A stretch of 57,712 bases of DNA from a bacterium (GTDB taxonomy: Bacteria > Actinomycetota > Acidimicrobiia > Spongiisociales > ZC4RG35): positions 1 to 57,712 of the forward strand of contig JAHEDH010000003.1 of NCBI GenBank assembly GCA_024641285.1, read 5' to 3'. This document shows, one piece after another, positions 20,154 to 30,819 of the stretch. A program made the position numbers and the translations under genes. Position 1 is the stretch's first letter. Each line of letters starts with the position of its first letter. The notes under the pieces were generated by a model. The model ran no database searches. It was given only the letters and a program-made list of their open reading frames with translations, and was not told the origin of the DNA.

Positions 20154-20564
20154 ATGCTGAGACTGATCGGAAACGTGCTGTGGCTGCTGCTCGGAGGGAT
20201 CGAATTGGCGATCGCCTACGCCATCGCCGGGCTCCTGTCGTTCCTACTGATCGTCACTGCCCCGCTCGGTGTCGCCGCCTTTCGTCTCGCCGGATACACC
20301 CTGTGGCCCTTCGGCCGGTCGCTCGTCGAGAAGCCCGGAGCCGGTGCCGGGTCGGCACTCGCCAACATCATCTGGACGGTCGTGTTCGGCTGGATTCTTG
20401 CTCTCGGCCACCTGCTGGCAGCCTTCGTGAATGCCGTCACGATCATCGGGATCCCCTTCGCCGTCGCCCACCTGAAGCTGGCGAGGACTGCGCTGGTCCC
20501 CTTCGGTCACGAAGTCGTCGACTCCGCGACTGGCGACTTCGCAGTCCGCCCGCTCGGGCGCTGA
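20154..20564 (+). CDS. YccF domain membrane protein
   Basis: Duplicated NxxW...G...II-x2-P...PFG YccF repeats. Confidence 0.9.
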   Translation: MLRLIGNVLWLLLGGIELAIAYAIAGLLSFLLIVTAPLGVAAFRLAGYTLWPFGRSLVEKPGAGAGSALANIIWTVVFGWILALGHLLAAFVNAVTIIGIPFAVAHLKLARTALVPFGHEVVDSATGDFAVRPLGR

Positions 20565-20641
20565 TCACTCCATCGAAAGCCCGTCCCGTGCGTCGCTGAT
20601 GACATACGCCTCTGTGAACCTGAGATGCCTACGCTCGGAGC

Positions 20642-20731
20642 GTGAGTCTCATCGTCCTCGGCATCGGCGTCCTCGTCATCCTCGGAATCATCGTCGGCAT
20701 CATCATCGCCTTCGCCGGCACACGTGACTGA
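20642..20731 (+). CDS. 29-aa single-helix membrane microprotein (not in ORF track)
   Basis: MSLIVLGIGVLVILGIIVGIIIAFAGTRD. Strong C-ending codon bias; TACGCT -10 6 nt before the GTG. Confidence 0.7.
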   Translation: MSLIVLGIGVLVILGIIVGIIIAFAGTRD

Positions 20732-20811
20732 GCGCAGAGCCATGAGAGCCACAGTCAGCGGACGCTGATCCGAACGAAGCGTCTGCTTGACCGAACGCTT
20801 CATGGACCACG

Positions 20812-21396
20812 TCACCGGGGCGGGGTGCGCGCCCATGCCCCGACCACGTCGAGAGCGGCAGCGCTCAGGTCGATCAGGTCGGCGTGGGTGTGTCGCTCTC
20901 CGATCACGAGAGCGACCACCGCTTCTGCAAAGTGCTCCGTCGGGCGATCCTGCCATCTGTCCGCCTGTCTCCAATCGACTCCATCGGGCGATCCGATCGC
21001 CGTCCGGAACGCGCTGCCGAGCTCCTGTTCGACGGAGCAGGCCTCCTCGAGGTGATGACCCAGCTCATGAGCGAGCGACTCGGGGAAACGGAGAGGGGTA
21101 GTCGGTATCTCGATCCGGATGAGTCGATCCGACCGGCGGTACTCGGCCGCGCCGCCCTCAACCTCGTCTACGAGCACCAGCTCGACAGTGCCGATACATC
21201 CTCGCTTGCCGGCGAAGACGTCCAGAAACGACTGCCAGGTCTGGTCCGTCAGCTGTTGGACCTCGGGCGGGAGACGCTGGATAGTCACCAGCCTCGGGCC
21301 GTTCGTGCGACCAGAATCGAAGGGGAGCAGGACCAGCGTCACGACCCCGAAAACAAGCAGTCGATTGGTCCACCGGTGCCTGCCCGGGTTGGTCAC
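20812..21396 (-). CDS. Exported HExxH zinc-metallopeptidase-like protein
   Basis: N-terminal TM/signal, LAHELGH and a downstream EHFAE third-ligand-like motif. GTG start overlaps the upstream stop. Confidence 0.7.
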   Translation of the reverse strand: MTNPGRHRWTNRLLVFGVVTLVLLPFDSGRTNGPRLVTIQRLPPEVQQLTDQTWQSFLDVFAGKRGCIGTVELVLVDEVEGGAAEYRRSDRLIRIEIPTTPLRFPESLAHELGHHLEEACSVEQELGSAFRTAIGSPDGVDWRQADRWQDRPTEHFAEAVVALVIGERHTHADLIDLSAAALDVVGAWARTPPR

Positions 21397-22358
21397 TCGA
21401 CGATCAGACGCTCGTCGATCAGACGCTCGTTGACCGTTTCGCCGTCGGGCTCGAGACGGAGGTACTCGTACTGCTTGCGGAACTGGAGGTCGACCATGTC
21501 GGCGCCGTCGCGGTTCTTCTCGACCGTGAAGACGACCTGATTCTTGAAGCTCTCTGCCGCGGTGAGATCGTGGGTCATCTGTGACCGTGAGACGATGTCG
21601 AACTTCTCGTTCATCAGGAGCACCACATCCGCCTCGTATGCGAGGGACGCAGAGCCTCCGAGGTGGTGCATGCGGAGACGTCGCGCCCTGAGCCCGACGG
21701 TGTCGGAGGCAACGATCGCCACAACGGCGATGTTGGCGCTCATCGCGAGTTCCTTCAGTGCATGGCTCACCGTGGTGACCCGCTGGCCCTCGTCCTCGAT
21801 GGAAGGCGTCACGGGAACCTTCTGGAGATAGTCGACGAACAGCGCGTCGGTGTCGTCGCCGACGAGTCCCTCGATCTGATCGATATCTGTATGCAAGCCC
21901 GACGCACGCACCAGCCACAGCCGGTCTGCATATCCGCTGACCGTCGAGTACGGCAGTTGAAGGACCGGCGCCTCTTCGATGGCCCTCCCCAACGACAGGT
22001 CTCCGGCCTCGACGCGCCCGAGGATGCGGCGGGCGAATCGACCGTCCTGCCCCATCCGCTGTTCGGTGGGCAGCTCCGCCAACTCGAGATGGAGGAGTCG
22101 CGACAGCAGCGTCACTTCGTCGTGCTCGTAGCAGGCGAAGATCACGCTCTGGCCCTTGTGCGCGAGGTTGCGGGCCATTTGCAGAGCGGTGATGGTCTTG
22201 CCGATGCCCGGCGAGCCACCGATCAGCGTCAGGTTCCTGGTGCGCAGCCCGCCACCGATGACGCGATCGAGCGCAGGGAAGCCGGTGGCCATCGTCCGTC
22301 GCTCCGAACCGCGTTCTCGCGCATCCGCCAGCACCGACGACAGCGATCGCCGCTCCAT
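21393..22358 (-). CDS. Stand-alone DnaB C-terminal-like (RecA-fold) ATPase
   Basis: TGFPALD, Walker A GSPGIGKT, Walker B FVDYLQ, YEADVV, KNRDG. No DnaB N-terminal domain. Confidence 0.85.
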   Translation of the reverse strand: MERRSLSSVLADARERGSERRTMATGFPALDRVIGGGLRTRNLTLIGGSPGIGKTITALQMARNLAHKGQSVIFACYEHDEVTLLSRLLHLELAELPTEQRMGQDGRFARRILGRVEAGDLSLGRAIEEAPVLQLPYSTVSGYADRLWLVRASGLHTDIDQIEGLVGDDTDALFVDYLQKVPVTPSIEDEGQRVTTVSHALKELAMSANIAVVAIVASDTVGLRARRLRMHHLGGSASLAYEADVVLLMNEKFDIVSRSQMTHDLTAAESFKNQVVFTVEKNRDGADMVDLQFRKQYEYLRLEPDGETVNERLIDERLIVE

Positions 22359-22465
22359 CTTCTCAGCCAATCGATTCTCCGTTCCCCAAGACCAGACATC
22401 TTCGTGCAGCCATCGGAATTCTCCAACCCCGATCACCCGGGGACGACTCGACCTACGCTCGTGTC

Positions 22466-23455
22466 ATGAAGATCTTGTTCATCGGTGGCACCGGCATCAT
22501 CAGCAGCGCCTGCGCGCCGCTGGCACTGGAACGTGGCCACGAAGTCCATCTCATGATCCGGGGTACCCCGAGCAACGTCCGAGCCCCCTCGCCCGGTGCC
22601 CGTGTCCTGAAAGCGGATGCGAGAAACGCCGAGCAAGCACGGGCCGCCCTCGGAAACGAGCACTACGACGCCGTGGTCGATTTCGTCGCCTTCACCCCGG
22701 AGCACATCCGCTCCGACCTCGATCTCTTCCGCCACCGGGCCGGGCAGTTCGTGTTCATCAGCAGCGCGTCCGCCTACCACAAACCGGTCCGGCACCTGCC
22801 CATCACCGAGTCGACACCGCTCCACAACCCCTTCTGGCAGTACAGCCGGAACAAAGCCGCCTGCGAGGAGCTTCTCGTCGACGAATACAGGAGGCAGGGG
22901 TTCCCGATGACCATCGTCCGGCCCTCCCACACGTACGACGAGACGCTGCTTCCTTTCTCGGCCGGTGGGACCGTCTTCAAGCGGATTCTCGACGACAAGC
23001 CGGTCATCGTTCATGGGGACGGGACGTCGCTCTGGACGCTGACACACCACCGCGACTTCGCCGTCGGACTCGTGGGACTCCTGGGGAACCCGAAGGCGAT
23101 CGGCGAAGCCTTCCACATCACGAGCGACGAGAGCGTCCCCTGGAACGAGATCTTCCTCGCAATGGGCCGAGCCGCAGGGAAGACCCCGCGCCTCGTTCAC
23201 ATCCCTTCCGATGTCATCGCCGAGGCCGACCCCGAGTGGGGCGACGGTCTGCTCGGGGACAAGGCACACAGCGTCATCTTCGACAACTCGAAGATCAAGG
23301 CTGTGGTCCCTGACTTCGATCCAACGATCCCGTTTCATGTAGGCGCCAGGGAGATCGCCGCCTTCCATCTCGAGCACCCTGACTTCGCTCCGCTCGAGCC
23401 GGACCGGGACGCATTGATCGAGCGCCTCATCGATCGATTCTCTGTGCGGGCCTGA
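22466..23455 (+). CDS. NAD-dependent epimerase/dehydratase (extended SDR)
   Basis: GGTGIIS, FISSASAY, YSRNK (YxxxK). Confidence 0.9.
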   Translation: MKILFIGGTGIISSACAPLALERGHEVHLMIRGTPSNVRAPSPGARVLKADARNAEQARAALGNEHYDAVVDFVAFTPEHIRSDLDLFRHRAGQFVFISSASAYHKPVRHLPITESTPLHNPFWQYSRNKAACEELLVDEYRRQGFPMTIVRPSHTYDETLLPFSAGGTVFKRILDDKPVIVHGDGTSLWTLTHHRDFAVGLVGLLGNPKAIGEAFHITSDESVPWNEIFLAMGRAAGKTPRLVHIPSDVIAEADPEWGDGLLGDKAHSVIFDNSKIKAVVPDFDPTIPFHVGAREIAAFHLEHPDFAPLEPDRDALIERLIDRFSVRA

Positions 23456-23514
23456 CCCCCCGAGAGCGCGCCATCGCCTGGAGGCACAGTGCCGATTTCT
23501 GTTGAGTTGCCGGC

Positions 23515-25464
23515 TCAGTCGTCGCCGGCTGCGTCCGACTTCCTCGCAATCTCTTCGACCACGGCGGCGTTGGCCAGCGTCGTCACGTCGCCGAGCTTGC
23601 GATGTTCCGAGATGTCCTTCAACAGGCGGCGCATGATCTTGCCGGATCTCGTCTTCGGCAGATCCGGTGTGAACACGATTGACTTGGGCTTGGCGATCGG
23701 GCCGATGTGGTCGGAGACGTGCTGGCGCAGTTCGGCGATCAGGTCCTCGTCGCCCTCGGCGGTGCCACGCAACGTCACGAACGCTGCGATCGCCTGTCCG
23801 GTGAGATCGTCCTTACGGCCGACAACCGCTGCCTCGGCCACCGCCGGGTGCGACACGAGCGCCGATTCGACCTCCATGGTGGAGATGTTGTGGCCCGAAA
23901 CCAGCATCACGTCGTCGACGCGGCCGAGCAGCCAGAAGTAGCCGTCCTCGTCGCGCTTGGCGCCGTCGCCGGGGAAGTAGCGGCCGGGGAACCTGGTCCA
24001 GTAGGTGTCGATGTAACGCTGGTCGTCGCCCCAGATCGTCCGGGCCATGTGGGGCCACGGGCGAGTCAGGACGAGGAACCCGCCGCCGGGGATCCCAACC
24101 GAGTTGCCCTCCTCGTCGACGACGTCTGCGGCGATCCCGGGCATCGGCATCGTGGCCGATCCGGGCTTGGTGGCGGTGACGCCCGGCAGCGGAGAGATCA
24201 TGATTCCGCCCGTCTCGGTCTGCCACCAGGTGTCGACGATGGGACAGGACTCGGGCCCGATGTGCTTCTGATACCAGATCCAGGCCTCGGGGTTGATCGG
24301 CTCACCGACCGTGCCGAGCAGCCGGAGGCTGGACAGGTCGTGCCGGGCGGGGTATTCGTCACCCCATTTCATGAACGCCCGGATCGCCGTGGGCGCCGTG
24401 TAGAAGATCGTGACCCCATAGTCCTCGATGATGTGCCACAGCCGATCGAAGTCGGGGTGGTTCGGGGCGCCCTCGTACATGACCCCGGTGGTGCGGTTTG
24501 CCAGCGGGCCGTAGACGATGTAGCTGTGACCGGTCACCCAGCCGATGTCGGCGGCGCACCAGTAGACGTCGTCGTCGGGCTTGAGGTCGAACACGAAACT
24601 GTGTGTGGTCGTGACCCCGGTGAGATAGCCACCCTGGGTGTGGACGATTCCCTTGGGCTTTCCCGTGGTGCCCGACGTGTAGAGGATGTAGAGCGGATCC
24701 TCTGCGTTGAGCCGCTCCGGCTCGCATTCGGCGGACTTGTCCTCCATGAGATCGTGGTACCAGATGTCGCGGCCCTCGGTCATGTCGACACCGTGGTCGG
24801 TGCGGCGGACCACCACCACCGATTCGACGCCTGGCGTGCGAGCCAGCGACACGTCGGCATTGGCCTTCAGCGGAACGACGTTCCCACCGCGCCAGGCGCC
24901 GTCTTGAGTGACGACGACCTTGGCATCGGCGTCGAGGATGCGGTCGGCCAGCGAATCGGAGCTGAACCCTCCGAACACCACCGAATGCACGGCGCCGATC
25001 CGCGCGCATGCGAGCATGGCCACGGAGAGCTCGGGGATCATGCCCATGTAGATGGCGACCCGATCGCCCTTCGACACGCCGAGTGACTTCAGGGCATTGG
25101 CGAACCGGCACACCTCGTCGTACAGGTCCTGATAGGTGATCGTCCTGGTGTCACCCGGCTCCCCGACCCAGTGATAGGCCACTTTGTTCCCGGACGATTC
25201 GAGGTGGAGGTCGAGGCAGTTGTAGGACAGGTTGAGCTCGCCGTCCGAGAACCACTTGAAGAACGGGGGATTCGAGTCGTCGAGGATCTCGGTGGGCGGC
25301 GTGTACCAATCGATCCGATCCAATGCCTGACGATGCCAGAAGCCCTGGAAGTCGGCCTCCGCCTGGGCATGGATCCCGGGCTTGGCGTTGGCCTGCGCCG
25401 TGAACTCGGCGCTGGGTGGGAAGCTTCGGCTCTCCCTCAGCAGGTCCTCGAGTGTCTCGCTCAT
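23515..25464 (-). CDS. acs: Acetyl-CoA synthetase
   Basis: [42 protein letters not shown]. Confidence 0.97.
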   Translation of the reverse strand: MSETLEDLLRESRSFPPSAEFTAQANAKPGIHAQAEADFQGFWHRQALDRIDWYTPPTEILDDSNPPFFKWFSDGELNLSYNCLDLHLESSGNKVAYHWVGEPGDTRTITYQDLYDEVCRFANALKSLGVSKGDRVAIYMGMIPELSVAMLACARIGAVHSVVFGGFSSDSLADRILDADAKVVVTQDGAWRGGNVVPLKANADVSLARTPGVESVVVVRRTDHGVDMTEGRDIWYHDLMEDKSAECEPERLNAEDPLYILYTSGTTGKPKGIVHTQGGYLTGVTTTHSFVFDLKPDDDVYWCAADIGWVTGHSYIVYGPLANRTTGVMYEGAPNHPDFDRLWHIIEDYGVTIFYTAPTAIRAFMKWGDEYPARHDLSSLRLLGTVGEPINPEAWIWYQKHIGPESCPIVDTWWQTETGGIMISPLPGVTATKPGSATMPMPGIAADVVDEEGNSVGIPGGGFLVLTRPWPHMARTIWGDDQRYIDTYWTRFPGRYFPGDGAKRDEDGYFWLLGRVDDVMLVSGHNISTMEVESALVSHPAVAEAAVVGRKDDLTGQAIAAFVTLRGTAEGDEDLIAELRQHVSDHIGPIAKPKSIVFTPDLPKTRSGKIMRRLLKDISEHRKLGDVTTLANAAVVEEIARKSDAAGDD

Positions 25465-25570
25465 GGGGTGCTCCTCGAATCGGGTCCGTGCCTGGAGAAT
25501 ATGCCAACACCCGTCGGAGCGCGCCCTGAACGTGGTTGTATCTGAGTGGTGCAGATGCGATCGGGTTGAC

Positions 25571-27574
25571 ATGGACTGGCCGTACATCGAATTGCGAATT
25601 CACGGAGTGTCGGGGACTTCGGCAGTCGACCTGCTCCAGGCTCGGCCGGTGAACGCCGACGACGACCCAGAAACGGACCTGACCAAGCCGGCAGAGACCG
25701 GCGGCTGGACCCGGGCGTTCCGATGGGCCAGCCTGACGTCGGGGGATCCGCGTTCGGCGACCTGGATCCTCCTGCTCCCGTACATGCTCTCGAACCTCGC
25801 CGGATGGGCGCTCCCCCGCCGAGCCTCGATCCTCCGTCATCGGATCGATGTGGCGATGGTTCGTATCAGCGGTGCGATGCTCACGGCCATCTTCTCGCTC
25901 GTGATCGCGTACGGATTCATCGTGGTGGGTGGATTCTCCACTCTCGGCGAACACATGGACAAGGGCTTGGCGGTCGGTCTCGGTGCCGTCGCATCGCTGC
26001 TCGTGACGGGGGTTCTCTGGTGGCTGACCCGGAGCCGCGATCTCGAGATCCCACCGGTGCTCACGGATCCGGCTGTCGGTGCCGACTGGGCGTTGCTCCG
26101 GAGAGCACACCTGGGTGTGGCGGCTTCGGCCACGCTGTGGACGCTGGGCTCCGTCGCCCGGAGCGCGTTCCCCCAAACCGATGTCGATCTCGACGGCATC
26201 GTCCTCGCCTCCCAGATCGGGCTCATCGTGCTGGTCGCCTGTGCCGGACTCGGCGTCCTCGCCCCAGCCAGGCCGATGGAGCGGATCGCCGGTGCCGCAG
26301 CGAGCGCCATGGCGCTCGGAGTCGTCGGGTTGGCAGTGATCGTGTGGCTGGGCGACAGTCCGGGGGAGGACGTCATCGGCGGGGCCGGTGGCCCCTTGGC
26401 GGATACGGTGCGGGCGTTCACGGCGATCGCCCTCTTGTTGGTGATGGTGGCGCTGTCCCGGATCGATCGGCTCGCTGCCGCCACGATCGCGACGCTCATC
26501 GCGATCGCCGGAGCGTCTGGCGCCGCGGTCGGAGCGGCGACGATCCAGGTCACTGCGGCGGCCGCCGGGACCGAGACGCCGGCGTCCATCGGTCTCATCG
26601 CCGAGGGTTTCCTCCTCGGCGTGCTCGTCCTGACCGCCTTCGTCCTGATCCTGCACCTGCGAGCCGACCTGCGCACACAGGCAGCCGACAACCGGCTCTG
26701 GCGCAGCGTCGTCGCCATCGTGAACGATCCGGCGCTGCTGGTGATCGGAACGCCAACCATCATCACGGTGGTCTCGTTCCTCGTCTTCGCCAATCTCGAG
26801 GCCGACGAACCGGTGACGCTGTTCCGAACGGCGTCGGAGTGGGCGCTTGGCGTCGTCGTGTTGCTGTTTGCGATGTCGATGCGACGGACGCCCCGCAAGG
26901 CGGCGATCACGCTCGTGGCCGGTGTCGTTGTGTATGTCGTCGCCGACTGGTTGGCGACGGATTTCCAGCAGGTGGCCGTTTTCGGAACCCTCGTGCTCCC
27001 AGCTCAACTGATCGGCTCCCGGATCGTCGGGGCGTATCGCAACGCCGACCAGCGCCGGGCGCTCGCCGTCCCGTGGGACGTCGGCTCCTATTTCCCGGCG
27101 GTGTTCCATCCGCTCGCGCCCCCGCCGTATGGTGCCACGGCCGTCGCCTCGCTCCGAGCAACCCTCCAAGACCTGTCCGATGACGGCCGGACCCCGCTGG
27201 TGGTCGCTGCCCACTCGCAAGGAACGGTCATCGCGGCGAGCGCGGTGGTCGGCTCAGGCGTCGAGGCTGCCCTGTTCACCTTCGGCAGCCCGCTGGGCAC
27301 GCTCTACCGACGGTTCTTCCCCGCTCACTTCGGAGAGGAACTCTTCGAGACCGTGCGAGGGTCTGTGGCTCGGTGGGCGAACCTGTGGAGGGCGACGGAC
27401 CCGATCGGCGGTTCGATCGAACCGGACATCGACCTGCCGGAACAGCCCGACCCCAGATCCCGTATTCACGGCGCCTACTGGTTCCGTGACGAGGCGGTGT
27501 ACAACCGAACGGCCGGCGAGCTCTTCGAGGCACTCGGTGTCGACAAAGCCTCCCTTCCCGAGCGGTATCGCTGA
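25571..27574 (+). CDS. Polytopic membrane protein with split alpha/beta-hydrolase domain
   Basis: N-terminal LRIHGVSG, many TM segments, C-terminal AHSQG, TFGSP, DPIG and a late His. Confidence 0.7.
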   Translation: MDWPYIELRIHGVSGTSAVDLLQARPVNADDDPETDLTKPAETGGWTRAFRWASLTSGDPRSATWILLLPYMLSNLAGWALPRRASILRHRIDVAMVRISGAMLTAIFSLVIAYGFIVVGGFSTLGEHMDKGLAVGLGAVASLLVTGVLWWLTRSRDLEIPPVLTDPAVGADWALLRRAHLGVAASATLWTLGSVARSAFPQTDVDLDGIVLASQIGLIVLVACAGLGVLAPARPMERIAGAAASAMALGVVGLAVIVWLGDSPGEDVIGGAGGPLADTVRAFTAIALLLVMVALSRIDRLAAATIATLIAIAGASGAAVGAATIQVTAAAAGTETPASIGLIAEGFLLGVLVLTAFVLILHLRADLRTQAADNRLWRSVVAIVNDPALLVIGTPTIITVVSFLVFANLEADEPVTLFRTASEWALGVVVLLFAMSMRRTPRKAAITLVAGVVVYVVADWLATDFQQVAVFGTLVLPAQLIGSRIVGAYRNADQRRALAVPWDVGSYFPAVFHPLAPPPYGATAVASLRATLQDLSDDGRTPLVVAAHSQGTVIAASAVVGSGVEAALFTFGSPLGTLYRRFFPAHFGEELFETVRGSVARWANLWRATDPIGGSIEPDIDLPEQPDPRSRIHGAYWFRDEAVYNRTAGELFEALGVDKASLPERYR

Positions 27575-27596
27575 CGAGAGCCGGTACCGTCGCGAC

Positions 27597-28271
27597 ATGG
27601 ATGGCGTGCGCCCCGAGATCGTCGTGTTCGACGTCAACGAGACACTGCTGAGCCTCGCTTCCCTCAAACCATCCTTTGCCGACGTGTTCGGCAACGCCGA
27701 CTCGATCGGCGAGTGGTTCGCGCGGATGCTGCACGGATCGCTCGTGTCGAATGAGCTCGTCGACTACCGCAGCTTCGCAACGATCGGCACCGAATCCCTG
27801 ATGATGCTGGCTTCGAAGCACGGCATCACGATCGACCCGTCCCACGCCGCAGACGTCGTCGCCGGCATGCAACGACTCGATCCACACCCCGACGTCCTGC
27901 CTGCGTTGGCTGCGTTACGCAACGCCGGCTTCAAGGTTGCCACGCTCACCAACGGCAGCGATGACACGGCCGCCGCCCAACTCGAGTACGCCGGGCTGTT
28001 GCCGCTGCTCGACGACACGATGACCGTCGACGCGGTTCGCCGGTTCAAGCCGGCGCGCGAGGTGTACCTCGCTGCTGCCGAGAGATTCGGCGTCGCGCCC
28101 TCCGAGATGCTGATGGTCGCGGCGCACGACTGGGACGTCGCCGGCGCCGCTGCCGCCGGCTGCCAGACGGCATTCGTCACTCGTCCCGCCGTCTTCTGGA
28201 GCCTGCCTGGTGATCCTCCCGGGCTGGTGGTCGGCGACCTGGACGGCCTGGTCGAGGCGCTCACCGGATGA
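27597..28271 (+). CDS. Haloacid dehalogenase type II-like HAD hydrolase
   Basis: VFDVNETL, LTNG, FKP, AAHDWDV motifs. Confidence 0.88.
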   Translation: MDGVRPEIVVFDVNETLLSLASLKPSFADVFGNADSIGEWFARMLHGSLVSNELVDYRSFATIGTESLMMLASKHGITIDPSHAADVVAGMQRLDPHPDVLPALAALRNAGFKVATLTNGSDDTAAAQLEYAGLLPLLDDTMTVDAVRRFKPAREVYLAAAERFGVAPSEMLMVAAHDWDVAGAAAAGCQTAFVTRPAVFWSLPGDPPGLVVGDLDGLVEALTG

Positions 28272-28663
28272 GCACCGTCGCCGAGCACCTGCTGAGCGGG
28301 GACACCGTGATCGCCGTTGTTGGAGCCACCGACAGCCCCGGCAAGTATGGAGGACGGATCTATCGCGACCTGAAGTCCAAGGGGTTCACGGTGCGAGCGG
28401 TGAATCCGAACCGCGAGACGGTGGACGGCGACCCGGCCTACCCGACTCTTGCCGCGGTGCCGGGCACCATCGACATCGTCGACGTGGTCGTTCCACCCGG
28501 TGTCGGCGCGGACATCGTCCCCCAGACGGCCGTTCTCGGACTGCGCCACATCTGGTTTCAGCCAGGGGCCGAGTCCAGGGAATTGATCCTGACCGCGGAA
28601 GCGGCGAACCTGGACGTCATTCACCACGACTGCATCATGGTGCGGGCATCGAAGGTCGGATAG
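28268..28663 (+). CDS. CoA-binding protein (YccU-like)
   Basis: IAVVGA, VNP, WFQPG, CIM. Confidence 0.88.
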   Translation: MSTVAEHLLSGDTVIAVVGATDSPGKYGGRIYRDLKSKGFTVRAVNPNRETVDGDPAYPTLAAVPGTIDIVDVVVPPGVGADIVPQTAVLGLRHIWFQPGAESRELILTAEAANLDVIHHDCIMVRASKVG

Positions 28664-28674
28664 GAGGAACGCCA

Positions 28675-29202
28675 ATGCTGGAACCAGATTTCCACGTCTA
28701 CGCCGCGATCAAGGGCCTCCGGGTCGTGCGGAACTTCACAGACCGTCAGCTCTCCGCCGACGATCTCGAGGCGATCCTCGACGCCGGCCGTTGGACGGGT
28801 TCGGCGAAGAACCGACAGAACTGGGCGATCGTCGTCGTCCAGGACCGCACCCAGCTCGACCGACTCGCCGAATGCGGAGACTTCACGACGCCGGTTCGCA
28901 ACGCCCCGACGACGCTGGTGCCCGTCCGGCTCCCCGAGGCATATGAGTGGGACATGGGACGGCTGGCCCAGAACATGATGCTGGCGGCTGCGGCACGGGG
29001 CGTCGGGTCGTGTCCCGTCACCTTCCACCGCGAGCAGGATGCCAAAGCGGTCCTTGGTGTGCCCGCCGACCACGGGGCGCGCTACGGGATCACACTCGGC
29101 TATCCCGATTTCGAAGCGGAGCGCGAAGCCCGGTCGCGAAGCAGCATGAGTGGGCGCAAGTCGCTGGAGGCCCTGGTGATGAGGGATCGTTTCGAAGGCT
29201 GA
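28675..29202 (+). CDS. Nitroreductase family protein
   Basis: RVVRNF, SAKNRQNW, QNMMLAAAARGVGSC, LGYP. AGGAGG RBS. Confidence 0.9.
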   Translation: MLEPDFHVYAAIKGLRVVRNFTDRQLSADDLEAILDAGRWTGSAKNRQNWAIVVVQDRTQLDRLAECGDFTTPVRNAPTTLVPVRLPEAYEWDMGRLAQNMMLAAAARGVGSCPVTFHREQDAKAVLGVPADHGARYGITLGYPDFEAEREARSRSSMSGRKSLEALVMRDRFEG

Positions 29203-29245
29203 TCCCGATCGGGGCCACGCCCGCTGATCTCACGATCGCCGCCTC

Positions 29246-30715
29246 TCATGCGGGCCGCCGGCCCTCCGAGCGACCCTGGACCACCCAGATGAGAGCAACG
29301 GCCGCAAGGACCGCAAGCCAATCACCGAGGAGCGCATACACGGTGCGGCCGGCCGACCGCATGTGCACCGTGCCGGTCAGCACCTCGGCGGCCACCAGAT
29401 CGGTCGTCTCGCCGACGACTCCGCCTTCGGTGATGATCGTCGACTTGCCCGTGATCGCTCCATGGACGACGTCGACGCCGAGCTCGGCCGAGCGCATCCG
29501 CGTCATCCCGATGAGCTGATCGGAGGCGTTCGAGTACGGATAGCTCGCCTGGGATGTCGCCACCACCAGCAGCCGAGCCCCGGCGTTGACGGTGTCGCGT
29601 GCGTACCGACTGAAGGCCGACTCGAAGCTGATCACCGAACCGAAAGGACCGAAGCCCTCGTCGAACACGACCGGCTCCGAACCCCTGATCATGTCTCTCG
29701 GCACCCGTGAGAGATCGGGGATCCATGCGAACAGCGGTCGGAAAGGCACATACTCTCCGAACGGCACTGGATGCCGCTTGGAATACTCGCCGACGATCTG
29801 GCCGCCTGTGTCGAACACGACGTTGGCGTTGGTCCACTCGGTGTCGGAGAGCGGCCGATCACCTCCCGCGAGCAGCACCGCACCGATTCGCGCGGCCTCG
29901 GCGCCCATCTCCGATGCGATCGACTGGTCGAGGACCGGGTCGACACTGAAGCCGGTCGATCCCTCGGGCCACACGACGAAATCGACCGCCCCGGCCTCGA
30001 TCGACCTCGTCAGCTCGAGCGAAGTCTGATACGTCGCAGCGCGCTCACCGGCACAGCGTTGCTGAGGGCAGGGCGTCGAGCCCTGGACGATGGCGACCCG
30101 AACGGGCTCGCCATCCGCACTCGGAGCCATGAACACTCCGCCGAGCACGGACAGGGCGATGACCCCACACGCTGTGGCCAATGGTCGGCCATCGGCGGAC
30201 CGGACGAGAACGACTGCTCCAGCTGCAACGGCCACGACCAGCACGGACCAGCCCGTCGTGCCGAAGAACTGCGTGGCGTTCCTCGTCAGCGCGTACTCTC
30301 CCATCGGGTAGCCGGCGAGGCCCCAACCGAAGCCGCCGAACGGGAACCTCAGACGAACCAGTTCCATCGCCGCCCACCCGCCTGTGGCAGCCACCCACCA
30401 CCGGAGCGGCTGCTCCGCCGAGATGCGACGGAGGATCCCGGCGTAGACGCTGGTGAACGCCGCCTGCGACAGCACCAGGGGTGCAAGGGCGATCAGGGCC
30501 GGGTCGACCAGTTCACCGAGCCACGGGAACAACAAGCCGAAGAAGGTGATGCCGAACGCGAGCCCACCCACCCAGGCGTCCCGAGTTCGCTCGGCCAGGG
30601 TGATGCTCCACAGGAACCCGAAGACCGCGATCGGACCGACGAACCCGAGCCCATAGGGTGGAAAGGCCGCCACCAACAGCAGCCCCGCCAGCGCCGAACC
30701 AACGATCGATCTCAC
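29246..30715 (-). CDS. lnt: Apolipoprotein N-acyltransferase
   Basis: FPFGGFGW, VQG, WPEG, KRHPVPFGEYVP, ISFE. Ser sits at the usual Cys nucleophile position, a variant reported in some actinobacteria. Confidence 0.92.
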   Translation of the reverse strand: MRSIVGSALAGLLLVAAFPPYGLGFVGPIAVFGFLWSITLAERTRDAWVGGLAFGITFFGLLFPWLGELVDPALIALAPLVLSQAAFTSVYAGILRRISAEQPLRWWVAATGGWAAMELVRLRFPFGGFGWGLAGYPMGEYALTRNATQFFGTTGWSVLVVAVAAGAVVLVRSADGRPLATACGVIALSVLGGVFMAPSADGEPVRVAIVQGSTPCPQQRCAGERAATYQTSLELTRSIEAGAVDFVVWPEGSTGFSVDPVLDQSIASEMGAEAARIGAVLLAGGDRPLSDTEWTNANVVFDTGGQIVGEYSKRHPVPFGEYVPFRPLFAWIPDLSRVPRDMIRGSEPVVFDEGFGPFGSVISFESAFSRYARDTVNAGARLLVVATSQASYPYSNASDQLIGMTRMRSAELGVDVVHGAITGKSTIITEGGVVGETTDLVAAEVLTGTVHMRSAGRTVYALLGDWLAVLAAVALIWVVQGRSEGRRPA

Positions 30716-30819
30716 CCCAGGAGTGTATTGCCCGGGTGGATTCATGGGACCAGAGGCAGAGACTGGCACCAGGTGGTCGCCTGGCCGCCCACTGCCAGGC
30801 GACCGATAGGCTCGGCCGA

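Noticed and set aside
20507-20974. Minus-strand ORF with a poly-acidic DDDADDDSEDD stretch
   Set aside because: It is the antisense shadow of the Ile/Val/Leu codons of the plus-strand microprotein and overlaps other genes.
21401-21430. Perfect 15-bp tandem duplication at the 3' end of the DnaB-like gene
   Set aside because: An in-frame local duplication (ERLI twice) with no further copies; likely neutral slippage.
21393-22358. Calling this the replicative dnaB or part of a prophage
   Set aside because: It lacks the N-terminal domain, and no replication or phage genes are adjacent.
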